Shown here: positions 52,877-63,677 of the stretch, piece by piece | Layout: each line of letters opens with the position of its first letter | How positions within the stretch are numbered: the stretch's first letter is position 1 | NCBI GenBank assembly: GCA_963822945.1 | Contig: CAWGJO010000024.1 | Location: forward strand, 1 to 64,000 | Reading direction: 5' to 3' | Source: an uncultured Gemmatimonadaceae bacterium | GTDB taxonomy: Bacteria; Gemmatimonadota; Gemmatimonadetes; Gemmatimonadales; Gemmatimonadaceae | DNA: 64,000 nt | The notes under the pieces: generated by a model | Seen by the model: only the letters and a program-made list of their open reading frames with translations | What the model was told of the DNA's origin: nothing | Database searches by the model: none | Made by a program: the position numbers and the translations under genes

Positions 52877-54403
52877 CTACGGCTTGGCGGTGCTCGCCGT
52901 ATTCGGGGTCACGGGGGCGGTCGGGATGCTGCGCATGATGCCGGCCCGGGCCAGCCGGACGAACCGGTCGGGCACGATGCCGAGCAACAGGATCGCGATC
53001 ACACTGAACAGTACCACGGCCCGAGTCAGCGCGGGCGTCGGCCCGGGGGCCTCGGCCCCTTCGGGCCTCGGCTTCATGAACATTACCATCACGACGTACA
53101 GATAGTAGCCCGCCGACACCACGGTGGTCAGCACCAGGACGACGGCCAGCGTCGTTTGCGGGGTCGGTGACTGCAGGGCCGCCTGCAGCACGTACCACTT
53201 GGCGAAGAACCCCGCCCCCCCGAACACCGGGAAGCCCAGCATGGAGAGCATGAGTACGCCCATGCCGAGCGCGAGCCAGGGTCGCACCGACCAGAGGCCG
53301 GCGAAGTCGTCGATCATCACCGGGCGGTCGCCCGAACGGGAGAGGACGATGATGACGGCGAAGGCACCGAACGTGGCCAACGTGTAGGCCAACAGGTAGA
53401 AGAGCATGGCCGAGCCGGCCTGGGTGCTGGCCGAGGCGAGGGCCACGAGCAGGAACCCGGCGTGGGCGATGCTGGAGTAGGCCAGCATCCGCTTGATGTT
53501 GCGCTGGGCCAACCCGATGGCGTTGCCGACGATCATCGTCGCGATCGCCAGGCCTGCCACGACCGGCTGCCATTCGTGGAAGGTGGCCGGGAACGCTTCC
53601 ATCCATACCCGGAGGAGGGCCGCGAACGCAGCGGCCTTGACCGTGGCCGCCATGTAGGCCGTGATCGGCGACGGCGCGCCGTCGTAGACGTCCGGCGCCC
53701 ACATGTGGAACGGCACCGCCGCCACCTTGAACCCGAAGCCGACGAGCAGGAGCCCGGTGCCGATGAGGACCAGCGGGCTGCGCGTGAGGCCGACGCCGGA
53801 GATTCGGGCCGCGATGTCGGCGAGATTCGTGGTCCCCGTGGCGCCGTAGATCAGCGCCATGCCGTACAACAGGAACGCCGTGGCGAAGGCGCCGAGAAGG
53901 AAGTACTTGAGAGCGCCCTCCGCCCCCCGCGCGCTGCGCCGGTTGATGGCGGCGAGCGAGTACACCGACAGCGACATCAGTTCGATGCCGAGGAAGACGA
54001 TCATCAGATCCTGGGCCGCCGCGAGCAGCATCATGCCCGACGATGCGAACAGGATGAGGACGTGCGACTCGGCGACGCCGATCTGCTGCCGATCGTTGTC
54101 GTCGATGGTGAGCGCAATGGCGAACAGGGTGCCCAGCAGGATCACCGCGTCGGCCATCCACCGGAAGTTGTCCACGGCAATGGGCCCGGCCGTCGCGGTG
54201 CGCTGCTGGTACAGGCTCCAGATGGCGTAGATACCGACCACGACGGTGAGCATCATGCTGGCGATGCCCACCGAGCGTTGGTGGGCCACGCTCGGCTGCC
54301 GCCAGGCCGCCCACAGGAGCAGCAACGCCGCACCGCCCATCAGCAGGAGGTCGGGCCCCAGCGCCGTCATCAGCTGCGACGGGATCGCGAGATCGAATTG
54401 CAT
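52877..54403 (-). CDS. nuoN: NADH-quinone oxidoreductase subunit N
   Basis: EGALKYFLLG, FKVAAVPFHMWAPDVY and KRMLAYSSIAH. Confidence 0.96.
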   Translation of the reverse strand: MQFDLAIPSQLMTALGPDLLLMGGAALLLLWAAWRQPSVAHQRSVGIASMMLTVVVGIYAIWSLYQQRTATAGPIAVDNFRWMADAVILLGTLFAIALTIDDNDRQQIGVAESHVLILFASSGMMLLAAAQDLMIVFLGIELMSLSVYSLAAINRRSARGAEGALKYFLLGAFATAFLLYGMALIYGATGTTNLADIAARISGVGLTRSPLVLIGTGLLLVGFGFKVAAVPFHMWAPDVYDGAPSPITAYMAATVKAAAFAALLRVWMEAFPATFHEWQPVVAGLAIATMIVGNAIGLAQRNIKRMLAYSSIAHAGFLLVALASASTQAGSAMLFYLLAYTLATFGAFAVIIVLSRSGDRPVMIDDFAGLWSVRPWLALGMGVLMLSMLGFPVFGGAGFFAKWYVLQAALQSPTPQTTLAVVLVLTTVVSAGYYLYVVMVMFMKPRPEGAEAPGPTPALTRAVVLFSVIAILLLGIVPDRFVRLARAGIMRSIPTAPVTPNTASTAKP

Positions 54404-55995
54404 CAGTTGGCCCCCTCCGCCACGGTGTGCACGGCGCGGGTCTGCACGGACTGGACGAAGTGCTCGGCCGAGGTCTGCATGCGGGAGAGCACGGGCTTGG
54501 GATAGACGCCCAGCCAGATGATGGCGGCCAGGAGCGGAACGAGCAGCGCCAACTCGCGGCGATTGAGGTCGGGGATGTGGAAGTTCACGGGCTTGTCGAG
54601 GCGGTTGAACAGCACGCGCTGGATGGCCCACAGCATGTAGGCGGCGGAGAAGATCACCGCCGTCGCCGCAACGAACGCGAACACCGGGTAGGTGCGGAAC
54701 GCACCGATGAGCACGAGGAATTCACCCACGAATCCGTTGGTGCCCGGGACGCCGATGCTGCTGAACGTGACCAGGGTGAGCGCGGCCGCGAACATCGGGA
54801 CCACGCGGGCAATGCCGCCGTAATCCTCGATCAGCCGCGTGTGACGCCGCTCGTAGATCATGCCGATCAGGAAGAAGAGCGCGCCGGTGGAGATGCCGTG
54901 GTTGATCATGACCATCAACGCGCCCTGCACGCTCTGCACGGTGAGCGCGAAGATGCCCAGCATCACGAACCCGAGGTGGCTCACCGACGAATAGGCCACG
55001 AGCTTCTTGAAGTCCGGCTGCACCAGCGACACGAGCGCCCCGTACACGATGCCGATCACGGCCAGCGTGAGGATGATTGCACGCACCGTAGCGTTCGTGG
55101 CCGCCGTCGGGAACAGCGGGACGGCGAGCCGCAGGAACCCGAAGGTACCGAGCTTGAGCATGATGCTCGCCAGCACGACGGAGCCCGCGGTGGGCGCCTC
55201 GACGTGCGCGTCGGGCAGCCACGTATGGAACGGGAACATCGGCACCTTCACCGCGAAGGCGAGGAAGAAGGCGCCGAACAGCCAGAACGACGCCGCGCCG
55301 CTCATGTTCGCGTGCTGCAGAATGACGTCGTAGTTGAAATTCGGGATCCCGGTGGCGGGCGAGGCCGCCGACAACCCGAGGTACACGATCGCCACCAGCA
55401 TCAGCAGCGAGCCGACCATCGTGTAGATGAAGAACTTCATGCTGGCGTAGATCCGCCGGTTGCCGCCCCATACGCCGATGATGAAGTACATCGGGACCAG
55501 CATCACTTCCCACATCACGTAGAACAGGAACAGGTCGAGCGACATGAAGACGCCCAACATGCCCGCCGTGAGGATGAGCAGGAGCGCGTAGTAGGTGTGC
55601 GCCCGCTTGCGGATGCTCGTCCAACTCCCGAGCACGGCCAGCGTCATCGTGAACGTGGTGAGCAGGATCATCATCAGCGAGATGCCGTCGATGCCCACCC
55701 GGAAGTGAATGCCCCACGACGGGATCCACGGCAGGTCGTAGACCGCCTGCCACCCGGCATTGGTGATGTCGTAGGACCACCAGAGGCCCAGCGACACGAG
55801 GAATTCGACGAGGAAGGTGACGAACGCGATCAGGCGGGGTGTGGTGGCCATCCCCGACTCGACGTCGTCGTCACCCGGCGCGCCGCGGCCCGGCAACCCC
55901 TGCACCCAGATCACGAGTGCGCCCAGCGTCGGGATCAGGAGCAGCACCGGCAGCACCCAGTGCGAGTACCCGATGGAGGTCAGGAATGCGTTCAT
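54403..55995 (-). CDS. nuoM: NADH-quinone oxidoreductase subunit M
   Basis: WEVMLVPMY, KVPMFPFHTWLPDAHVEAP and KKLVAYSSVSH. Confidence 0.96.
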   Translation of the reverse strand: MNAFLTSIGYSHWVLPVLLLIPTLGALVIWVQGLPGRGAPGDDDVESGMATTPRLIAFVTFLVEFLVSLGLWWSYDITNAGWQAVYDLPWIPSWGIHFRVGIDGISLMMILLTTFTMTLAVLGSWTSIRKRAHTYYALLLILTAGMLGVFMSLDLFLFYVMWEVMLVPMYFIIGVWGGNRRIYASMKFFIYTMVGSLLMLVAIVYLGLSAASPATGIPNFNYDVILQHANMSGAASFWLFGAFFLAFAVKVPMFPFHTWLPDAHVEAPTAGSVVLASIMLKLGTFGFLRLAVPLFPTAATNATVRAIILTLAVIGIVYGALVSLVQPDFKKLVAYSSVSHLGFVMLGIFALTVQSVQGALMVMINHGISTGALFFLIGMIYERRHTRLIEDYGGIARVVPMFAAALTLVTFSSIGVPGTNGFVGEFLVLIGAFRTYPVFAFVAATAVIFSAAYMLWAIQRVLFNRLDKPVNFHIPDLNRRELALLVPLLAAIIWLGVYPKPVLSRMQTSAEHFVQSVQTRAVHTVAEGAN

Positions 55996-58193
55996 GGGAG
56001 CACCGCGTGGTGGAAGGCGCCGAGCACGAACAACACGCCGATGACCAGGATCCAGGCGTACGTGCCGAGTTGGCCGGACTGCAGCTGCGATCCCAGCCAG
56101 CCGGCGAACCGGGCCGCCCAGGCGCTCCCGTTCACCATCAACCCGTCGATGAGGCCGACGTCGATGCCGCGCCAGAGCAGGTTGCGGGACACGCCGTACG
56201 TGCCCTTGACCACGGTGGCGTCGTAGAACTCATCGACGTAGTACTTGTCCAGCAGCACCCGCTCGAAGCCCTCCTCGGGCTTGGCCTGCGCCTTGGGCAC
56301 CAGGGCAGCCGGCTTGAGCACGATGAGGGCGGTGGCGATGCCCGCGATGGCGACGCCGATCGCTACCACGATGAGCAGCGTCTCGGTGCTCGTGGACGCC
56401 GCCTCGCCGGCGGTGCCGATCACCCGCGCCGTGCCGGCCCCCACCACCGGGTCGAGCCAGTGCTCGAGGGCGCCAGTGGGGCCAAGCGGGATGGCGTGGG
56501 TGATGATCTCCGGCAGGTTGAACCACCCGCCGACCGCGCTGAGGATGCCGAGCACCAGCAGCGGGCCGGTCATGATCCAGGGCGCCTCGGCCAGATGCCC
56601 GCGCTCCTTCTCCCCGGTCCGATTGGGTCCGTGGAAGGTGTAGAGCATCAGGCGCGTCATGTAGATGGCGGTGAGCAGCGCGGCGGCCAGTCCAATGGCA
56701 TACGCGAAGTACAGCACCGCCGTGCCCGGAATGCCCAGCCAGTGGGCCTGGGCGAGCGTGCTGCCCTGCGCGCGCTGGAACACGGTGCCCAGAATCTCAT
56801 CCTTCGAGAAGAAGCCGGCAAAGGGCGGAATCCCCGAGATGGCCAGCGTCGCGATCCACATCAGCACCCAGGTGAACGGCATGTAGCGGCGCAGGCCGCC
56901 CATGTTCCGCATGTCCTGCGCGTCGTTGTGGCTGTGCGTGTGGTGGTAGGCCTGGTGCATCATATGGATCACCGAGCCCGCCCCGAGGAAGAGCAGCGCC
57001 TTGAAGAAGGCGTGCGTCATCAGGTGGAAGATGCCGGCCACGTACGCCCCCGCCCCGACGCCCACGAACATGTAGCCGAGCTGGGACACCGTGGAGTACG
57101 CGAGCACCTTCTTGATGTCCCACTGCTTGAGGCCGATGGTGGCGGCGAAGAAGGCGGTGATTGCGCCGATGGTGACCACGGTGAGGCCGGCCACCGGCGC
57201 CGCCGCGAAGATGAAGTTGCTGCGCGCGATCAGGTACACGCCCGCCGTGACCATCGTGGCGGCGTGGATCAGCGCCGAGACCGGCGTCGGGCCGGCCATC
57301 GCGTCGGGCAGCCAGATGTACAGCGGAATCTGCGCGCTCTTGCCGGCGCACCCGAGGAAGAAGAAGAGGGCGATGGTCGTGATCAGCGGGCCGCCGAACA
57401 CGAACTGGCCCGCCTGTGCCTGCAGCGCCGAGAAGTCCAGCGTCCCGAAGTTGGCGAACAGCAGGAACATCGCGATCAGGAAACCGAAGTCGCCGATGCG
57501 GTTGACGATGAACGCCTTCTTGCCCGCGTCGGCGTTGGCCTTCTCGCTGAACCAGAAGCCGATCAGCAGGTAGGAGCAGAGGCCGACGCCCTCCCAGCCG
57601 ATGAACAGCAGCGGGTAGTTGGCCCCCAGCACCAGCACCAGCATGAAGAAGACGAACAGGTTGAGGTACGCGAAGTAGCGCGGGTACCCCGGGTCCTCCT
57701 GCATGTAGCCGACGCTGAACAGGTGGATGAGCATGCCGACGCCCGTGACCACCAGGACCATCACCATCGACAGTTGGTCGAGACGGAAGGCGACGTCGAT
57801 CGACAGATCGCCCACCGGCATCCAGGAGAAGTAGCGCTGGATGAACGGGGCCGTCATATCGGCGACGGCGTGCATGCGGATGAAGATGGCGAAGGCCAGC
57901 AGGAACGCCGCGACCAGCACGCCGGGCCCGACGATGCTGACGATGCCGGCGTACCGGTGGCGGGTTGGCCCGTGATCGTCGTGGCCGGCGTCGGCGTGCG
58001 CCGCGTCGTCCCCATGCGCGGCGTGCGACGCCGCCGTGGGATCCGCGGGGCCGAACTTGGCGACCGACGTCAGCGCGAGCAGGCCGTTGATCAGGAACCC
58101 GAGCAACGGCAAGAGCGGGATGGCCCACATCCACACGGCGATCGTGCCGGCGAGCGGATGGGTTCCCGGAGAAACCGCAGTTTGAAGGAGCAT
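55992..58193 (-). CDS. nuoL: NADH-quinone oxidoreductase subunit L
   Basis: KSAQIPLYIWLPDAMAGPTPVSALIHAATMV, THAFFKALLFL and FFSKD. Confidence 0.96.
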   Translation of the reverse strand: MLLQTAVSPGTHPLAGTIAVWMWAIPLLPLLGFLINGLLALTSVAKFGPADPTAASHAAHGDDAAHADAGHDDHGPTRHRYAGIVSIVGPGVLVAAFLLAFAIFIRMHAVADMTAPFIQRYFSWMPVGDLSIDVAFRLDQLSMVMVLVVTGVGMLIHLFSVGYMQEDPGYPRYFAYLNLFVFFMLVLVLGANYPLLFIGWEGVGLCSYLLIGFWFSEKANADAGKKAFIVNRIGDFGFLIAMFLLFANFGTLDFSALQAQAGQFVFGGPLITTIALFFFLGCAGKSAQIPLYIWLPDAMAGPTPVSALIHAATMVTAGVYLIARSNFIFAAAPVAGLTVVTIGAITAFFAATIGLKQWDIKKVLAYSTVSQLGYMFVGVGAGAYVAGIFHLMTHAFFKALLFLGAGSVIHMMHQAYHHTHSHNDAQDMRNMGGLRRYMPFTWVLMWIATLAISGIPPFAGFFSKDEILGTVFQRAQGSTLAQAHWLGIPGTAVLYFAYAIGLAAALLTAIYMTRLMLYTFHGPNRTGEKERGHLAEAPWIMTGPLLVLGILSAVGGWFNLPEIITHAIPLGPTGALEHWLDPVVGAGTARVIGTAGEAASTSTETLLIVVAIGVAIAGIATALIVLKPAALVPKAQAKPEEGFERVLLDKYYVDEFYDATVVKGTYGVSRNLLWRGIDVGLIDGLMVNGSAWAARFAGWLGSQLQSGQLGTYAWILVIGVLFVLGAFHHAVLP

Positions 58194-58486
58194 CAGCCCT
58201 TCAGCAGGTTGATGTTCTGGAGGTTGACCGTGTGCCGGTGGCGGAAGAGCGCGATGATGATCGCGAGGCCAACGGCGGCCTCGGCGGCCGCGACGGTCAT
58301 GACGAGGAACACGAACACCTGGCCGCCCGCGCCATACACGCGCGAGAAGGCGACGAACGTCAGGTTCACGGCGTTGAGCATCAGCTCCACGCACATGAAC
58401 AGGATGATGGCGTTGCGCCGCGTGAGCACGCCGACGACGCCGATCGTGAACAGCACGGCCGAGAAGAACAGGGACTCAGCGAGCAT
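58193..58486 (-). CDS. nuoK: NADH-quinone oxidoreductase subunit K
   Basis: [14 protein letters not shown] and [10 protein letters not shown]. Confidence 0.95.
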   Translation of the reverse strand: MLAESLFFSAVLFTIGVVGVLTRRNAIILFMCVELMLNAVNLTFVAFSRVYGAGGQVFVFLVMTVAAAEAAVGLAIIIALFRHRHTVNLQNINLLKG

Positions 58487-59024
58487 CGGTCCTCCGCTTG
58501 CCCAGCACGACGGCGCCGACGATGGCGGTGAGCAGCACCATGCTGGTGACCTCGAAGGCCAACAAATATTCGTGGAAGAGTGGGCCGGCGATCGGCGCGA
58601 TGGCGCCCTGCGCGGCGACCTGCTCGGCGGCATATCCCGCCGGGAGCGCGAACCGCTCGGCCACCGTGCCGCGGACCAGGGCGAACAGCTCGGCCAGCAG
58701 GCCCAGCGCCACGGCGCCGGCGGCGAGCTTCCACCCCAGGCTGCGGGCGTCGGCGAGCTGCGAGGGCTCGCCCAGGTTGAGCAGCATGATCACGAACAGG
58801 AACACGACCATGATCGCGCCGGCGTAGACCAGCACCTGGATGACGCCGATGAACTGCGCATCGAGCATCACGTACAGTGCCGCCAGCGAGAACATCGTGA
58901 CCACGAGCCACATCGCCGCCGACACCGGGCTCTTGCGCGTCACGAACACCACCGCCGACACCATGGCGATGAGGCCGAACAGGTAGAAGTGAAAGGCGTA
59001 GAAGAGCGAAACCTGTTGCGGCAT
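58476..59024 (-). CDS. nuoJ: NADH-quinone oxidoreductase subunit J
   Basis: [20 protein letters not shown] and YLLAFE. Confidence 0.95.
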   Translation of the reverse strand: MPQQVSLFYAFHFYLFGLIAMVSAVVFVTRKSPVSAAMWLVVTMFSLAALYVMLDAQFIGVIQVLVYAGAIMVVFLFVIMLLNLGEPSQLADARSLGWKLAAGAVALGLLAELFALVRGTVAERFALPAGYAAEQVAAQGAIAPIAGPLFHEYLLAFEVTSMVLLTAIVGAVVLGKRRTDAR

Positions 59025-59518
59025 CACTCCCCCTTGGGATCGGCGGGATCCCACATCTCGCACACCGGGTGCGTCTGCGCCGTCAGCCGTTCCAGGTCGT
59101 ACACGAACCCCTGACGGCTGTACTCCGAGTTCTCGTAGTGCCGGCCCAGGTGGATCGCCTCTTCCGGACACACCTCCTGGCAATAGCCGCAGAAGATGCA
59201 CCGGAATTCGTCGATCTCGAAGATCAGCGGATAGCGATTCCCCTGCTCGTCCTCACCCGGTACCAGCTTGATGCAGTTGGCCGGACAGACCGTCGGGCAG
59301 AGGCCGCAGGCCACACATTTCGCCTTGCCGGTCTCGGTGGTGAGCATGCGATGCGTGCCCCGCCACCGCGGCGAGAGCGTCTTCTTCTGTTCGGGGTACT
59401 GCGTGGTCACCTTCTGCCGCAGCAGGTGCTGCGCCGTGAGCGCCATGCCCTTCAGCGTGGCGCGCACGTAACTCGTTTGCTCGATGGGGCGGTCGAGCAC
59501 CTTGACGCCAATTGCCAT
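59024..59518 (-). CDS. nuoI: NADH-quinone oxidoreductase subunit I
   Basis: CVACGLCPTVCP and CIFCGYCQEVCP. Confidence 0.96.
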   Translation of the reverse strand: MAIGVKVLDRPIEQTSYVRATLKGMALTAQHLLRQKVTTQYPEQKKTLSPRWRGTHRMLTTETGKAKCVACGLCPTVCPANCIKLVPGEDEQGNRYPLIFEIDEFRCIFCGYCQEVCPEEAIHLGRHYENSEYSRQGFVYDLERLTAQTHPVCEMWDPADPKGE

Positions 59519-60798
59519 CAGTTGCGGCCCTCCGCCACCAACGTCGAGCGCGCCGACGCGGCGCGCAGCTTGTCGACGTTGCGTTTGTCGAGACGTGAAT
59601 AGGCCGGACTGATCAGCCGGCCGCGATCGATGAGCAGGAACAGGATGCCCACCAGCACCACGTTGAGCGCCAGCAGGGAGAGGCCGAACGGCCACGACCC
59701 GCGCGCCACGCCGGCGGCATCGAGCCCGAGGATCGCGCTGGCCATGATCACGATGTAGCTGAGTGACAGCGGCAGCATGAACTTCCAGCCGAGCGCCATC
59801 AGCTGGTCGTACCGGAATCGCGGCAGCGTCCAACGGATCCAGATGAAGAGGAAGAGGAAGAAGCCCGTCTTGAAGGCGAAGAAGAGCGCGGTCGCGAGCG
59901 TCTTCCAGGCCGTCCACGGCGCCACGTCCCAGTGGCCCGGGATGTCCCACCCACCGAAGAACAGCGTCACCATCAGCGCGCTCGCCGTCACCATGTTCGC
60001 GTACTCGGCGATGAAGAACATCGAGAACTTCATCGCGCTGTACTCGGAGTGGTAGCCGGCCACCAGTTCGGACTCCGCCTCGGGCAGGTCGAACGGCAGG
60101 CGGTTCGTTTCGGCGAACGCCGCCACCAGGAAGATCATGAACGAGACGGTGAGGCCGAGGACGTTCCACAGCCCATGCGCCTGCTGCATCACGATGTCGT
60201 TGAGCGCCACGTTGCCCGAGAGCAGCAGCACGGGGATGGTCGACATCCCCATCGCAATCTCGTACGACACCATCTGGGCGCTCGACCGGAGCCCGCCCAG
60301 CAGCGCGTACTTGTTGTTGGAGCTCCACCCGGCGAGCACGATTCCGTACACGCCCAACGACGAGATGGCGAGGATGAAGAGGTACCCCACCGGGAGCGGG
60401 GCGACCACCATCTGCACCAGGCCCTCGGGGGTGGGGAGCGGCGAGGCGAAGGGGATCACCGCCCACGTGAGAAACGCGGGCACGAACGCCAGGGCCGGCG
60501 CCAGCACGAACAGCGTGAGGTTCGCCGCCCCCGGATACGTCTCCTCCTTCATGATGTTCTTGAGCCCGTCGGCCAGCGGCTGGAAGAGACCCGTCGGCCC
60601 CACGCGGTTGGGCCCGTGCCGGTCCTGGATCCAGCCCGACACCTTCCGTTCGGCCAGCGTGAGGTAGGCCACCGCGCCCATGTAGAGCGCGAAGAACACC
60701 AGCATCTTCACGATGGTGAACAGCAGCGACCAGCCCTCCGAGACCGGCGGGAGCTGCGGGTTCACCACCTGCAACAGCGGATGGACGACGGGAATCAT
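59518..60798 (-). CDS. nuoH: NADH-quinone oxidoreductase subunit H
   Basis: ERK...GPNRVG, SYE and ETNRLPFDLPEAESELVAGY. Confidence 0.96.
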   Translation of the reverse strand: MIPVVHPLLQVVNPQLPPVSEGWSLLFTIVKMLVFFALYMGAVAYLTLAERKVSGWIQDRHGPNRVGPTGLFQPLADGLKNIMKEETYPGAANLTLFVLAPALAFVPAFLTWAVIPFASPLPTPEGLVQMVVAPLPVGYLFILAISSLGVYGIVLAGWSSNNKYALLGGLRSSAQMVSYEIAMGMSTIPVLLLSGNVALNDIVMQQAHGLWNVLGLTVSFMIFLVAAFAETNRLPFDLPEAESELVAGYHSEYSAMKFSMFFIAEYANMVTASALMVTLFFGGWDIPGHWDVAPWTAWKTLATALFFAFKTGFFLFLFIWIRWTLPRFRYDQLMALGWKFMLPLSLSYIVIMASAILGLDAAGVARGSWPFGLSLLALNVVLVGILFLLIDRGRLISPAYSRLDKRNVDKLRAASARSTLVAEGRN

Positions 60799-62363
60799 GC
60801 GGTCGCTCCAGCCGTGGCGCTCTTCACGAGCGCGCCCTTGAGACCCAGCGTGTCGTAGGACATTCCGGCGAATTCAGGGTGGGACGCGGCGAGCGCGTCA
60901 AAGACGTCGTTGGCCAGCATGTAGTCCGCCGGCTCGCCGGCCGCCGCGAGCAGGTCGGCCGTCGCCAGCCAGCTCGGCCTGCTGAAGCCGGGGCTCGACT
61001 TGGCCTGGCGGAAGCGCTGTACGCGCCCGCGGAGGTTGGTGAGCGTTCCCTCCTCCTCCACCATGTTCGCGATGGGCAGGACGACGGCGGCGGCGTGGCG
61101 GGCCCACGCGGGAAGAGTGGTCCCGATCACGATGATCGCGCCGGCCCGGGCGACGTCGGGCGCGTCCAGCCCCGCCAGCTCCTCGTCGGCCACGATCAGC
61201 ACGTCGCCGGCCTGCATTGCGGCGAGCGGCGCGTCGGCGCGGGTGAACCCGAGCAACTCGGCCCCCCGACCGTTGGCGGCGCGGTCGGCCCGCCGGGCCA
61301 GGTCGGCAACGCCGGGCAGAGGCGCCTCGGCGCCCTGCCGCACGCGGAACGCGCCGGCGCCGCCGGTCTTCTGCACGAGGCGGGAGAGCAGGAAGAGCGT
61401 CTCGTTGGGCAGATTGGGCGAGGCGAGCACGAATGCCCGCTTACCCGACAGCAGCCTGGCGGCCTCGGCCGTGGCGGCTTCCCACTCGGCGGTGGCCAGC
61501 ACGGCCCCCTGCCGGACCATCGGAAAGTCCAGGCGATCCTGCCGGTTCATCCACCGATAGTCGAGCCGCCCCTCGTCGCACATGAAGTACTGGTTCACCG
61601 CGTCGTTGGGACGCGGCCGCAGGCGCACGACCAGGTTGTCGCGGGTCTCGACGATCATGTTGCAGCCCTGCGAACAGCCCGGGCAGATCGACGCGGTGCG
61701 GTCCACTTCCCACGCCCGCACCTTGTTCAACGAATCCTTGGAGAGCAGCGCACCCACGGGGCACAGGTCGATGACGTTGCCCGCCCAGGGATGCGTGAGG
61801 TCCTTGCCCTCGAACTTGCCGATGAGCGCGCGGTCGCCCCGCTCGCTGACGTTGAGCGCCGCGTCGTGGGCCACGTCGTCCATGAACCGCACGCATCGCG
61901 TGCAGAGGATGCACCGGTTGGCCACGTACATCACGTCGCCGCCGAAATCCTCCACCGGGTTGAACCGCTTGGGGTCGCGCGAGCGGCCCTCGGCCCGGCC
62001 TTCCTGATACGTGTAGTCCTGCAGTTCGCACTCGCCGGCCTGGTCGCAGATGGGACAGTCCAGCGGGTGATTGATGAGGAGCATTTCGAGCACGCCCTTG
62101 CGGGCCTCCAGCGCCTTCGGGGAGTGCACGTGCACCACCTGCCCCTCGGCCACCGACGTGGCGCACGACGGCGCCAGCTTCGGCATCTTCTCGACCTCGA
62201 CCAGGCACATGCGGCACACGCCGGCCACCGGGAGCCCCGGATGGTAGCAGTAGTGCGGCACGAGGATGCCCGCTGCCTTGGACGCCTCCAGAATCGAGGT
62301 GCCCTCGGGCACGGACACCGCCCGTCCTTCGATCGTCAGGTTGATCATCTTGCCATCGGCCAT
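60795..62363 (-). CDS. nuoG: NADH-quinone oxidoreductase subunit G (short form, 522 aa)
   Basis: CYHP...CRMC, HPLDCPICDQAGEC, CILCTRC and CPGCSQGC. Confidence 0.92.
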   Translation of the reverse strand: MADGKMINLTIEGRAVSVPEGTSILEASKAAGILVPHYCYHPGLPVAGVCRMCLVEVEKMPKLAPSCATSVAEGQVVHVHSPKALEARKGVLEMLLINHPLDCPICDQAGECELQDYTYQEGRAEGRSRDPKRFNPVEDFGGDVMYVANRCILCTRCVRFMDDVAHDAALNVSERGDRALIGKFEGKDLTHPWAGNVIDLCPVGALLSKDSLNKVRAWEVDRTASICPGCSQGCNMIVETRDNLVVRLRPRPNDAVNQYFMCDEGRLDYRWMNRQDRLDFPMVRQGAVLATAEWEAATAEAARLLSGKRAFVLASPNLPNETLFLLSRLVQKTGGAGAFRVRQGAEAPLPGVADLARRADRAANGRGAELLGFTRADAPLAAMQAGDVLIVADEELAGLDAPDVARAGAIIVIGTTLPAWARHAAAVVLPIANMVEEEGTLTNLRGRVQRFRQAKSSPGFSRPSWLATADLLAAAGEPADYMLANDVFDALAASHPEFAGMSYDTLGLKGALVKSATAGATA

Positions 62364-63677
62364 TTATACCACCGCCGGAACCATGTGAACGGTCTTCTTC
62401 TTGATCAGCGCCTCGAAGTCGCCGCGGAACTTCTGGATGCCGGAGCTCACCGGTACGGCGCACGAGTCGCTCAGTACGCAGATGGTCTTGCCGGTCATGT
62501 TCTCCCCGATCTCGAGCAGCGTGTCGAGATCCTCGCTCGTGCCGTCGCCGGCCACGATGCGCTCGAGAATCCGCGTGGTCCACGCCGTGCCCTCGCGGCA
62601 CTGCGTGCACTGGGCGCAACTCTCGTGGGCGAAGAAGCGGGCCGCCCGGGCGATCTGCTTCACCAGATTCTGCGCGTCGTCGATCACGATCACGCCCCCC
62701 GAGCCGAGCATCGTGCCCTGCTCCACGAAGCCCTCGTAGTCCATGAAGCTGGCCTCGGCCTCCTCCGCCGTCTGGATGGGCACCGAGATCCCGCCCGGGA
62801 TGATCGCCTTGAACCGGCGGCCGGGCTTGGGGCCCCCGCACAGGTCGTACAGGAAATCCTTGAACGGGAAGCCCATCGCGACTTCGTAGTTGCCGGGCCG
62901 CTGCACGTTGCCGCACACCGAGAACAGCTTGGTCCCGGTGCTCTTGGGATTCTCGGGCCGGCCATACTGCTTGTACCAGGCCCCGCCGTTGTTGAGGATG
63001 TGCGGCACGGCGGCCAGCGTCTCGACGTTGTTGATGGTCGTGGGCTGCGCGAACACGCCCGCCACCGCCGGGAAGGGCGGCTTGATGCGCGGATTCCCGC
63101 GGCGCCCCTCGATGGAGTTCATGAGGGCGGTTTCTTCGCCGCAGATATAGGCGCCGGCGCCGCGGTGCACGTAGACGTTGACCGTCTTGCCCGTTCCCAT
63201 GGCGTTCGAGCCGAGGATGCCGGCGGCGTACGCTTCCTTGAGGGCCGCCTCCATCCGCGCGATGGGCTCGGTGAACTCGCCGCGGATGTAGATGTAGCAG
63301 GTCTCGGCACCGATCGCGTAGGCGCCGATGGCGCACCCTTCGACGAGGGCGTGCGGCGTCCAGCGCATGATCTCGCGATCCTTGAACGTGCCCGGCTCCG
63401 ATTCGTCGGCGTTGCAGCAGAGGTAGTGCGGCTTGCCGTCGCCCGGCTTCATGAACGACCACTTGACGCCGGTGGGGAACCCGGCGCCGCCGCGGCCGCG
63501 CAACCCGGATTCCTTGACGACGGCGACGATGTCGGCCGGCGCCATGCCCAGCGCCTTCTCCAGCGCGGCGTACCCGCCCCGCTGCTTCCATCCCTCGAGC
63601 GAGATCGCGTCCGCGTCCCCGAAGTACTTCGAGAGCAGCGTGGTCTCGCGGTCGTGTGGCTTGTGCGGATATCCCAT
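62364..63677 (-). CDS. nuoF: NADH-quinone oxidoreductase subunit F
   Basis: GRGGAGFPTG, NADESEPGTFKD, GAYICGEETAL and SCAQCTQCREG. Confidence 0.97.
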   Translation of the reverse strand: MGYPHKPHDRETTLLSKYFGDADAISLEGWKQRGGYAALEKALGMAPADIVAVVKESGLRGRGGAGFPTGVKWSFMKPGDGKPHYLCCNADESEPGTFKDREIMRWTPHALVEGCAIGAYAIGAETCYIYIRGEFTEPIARMEAALKEAYAAGILGSNAMGTGKTVNVYVHRGAGAYICGEETALMNSIEGRRGNPRIKPPFPAVAGVFAQPTTINNVETLAAVPHILNNGGAWYKQYGRPENPKSTGTKLFSVCGNVQRPGNYEVAMGFPFKDFLYDLCGGPKPGRRFKAIIPGGISVPIQTAEEAEASFMDYEGFVEQGTMLGSGGVIVIDDAQNLVKQIARAARFFAHESCAQCTQCREGTAWTTRILERIVAGDGTSEDLDTLLEIGENMTGKTICVLSDSCAVPVSSGIQKFRGDFEALIKKKTVHMVPAVV

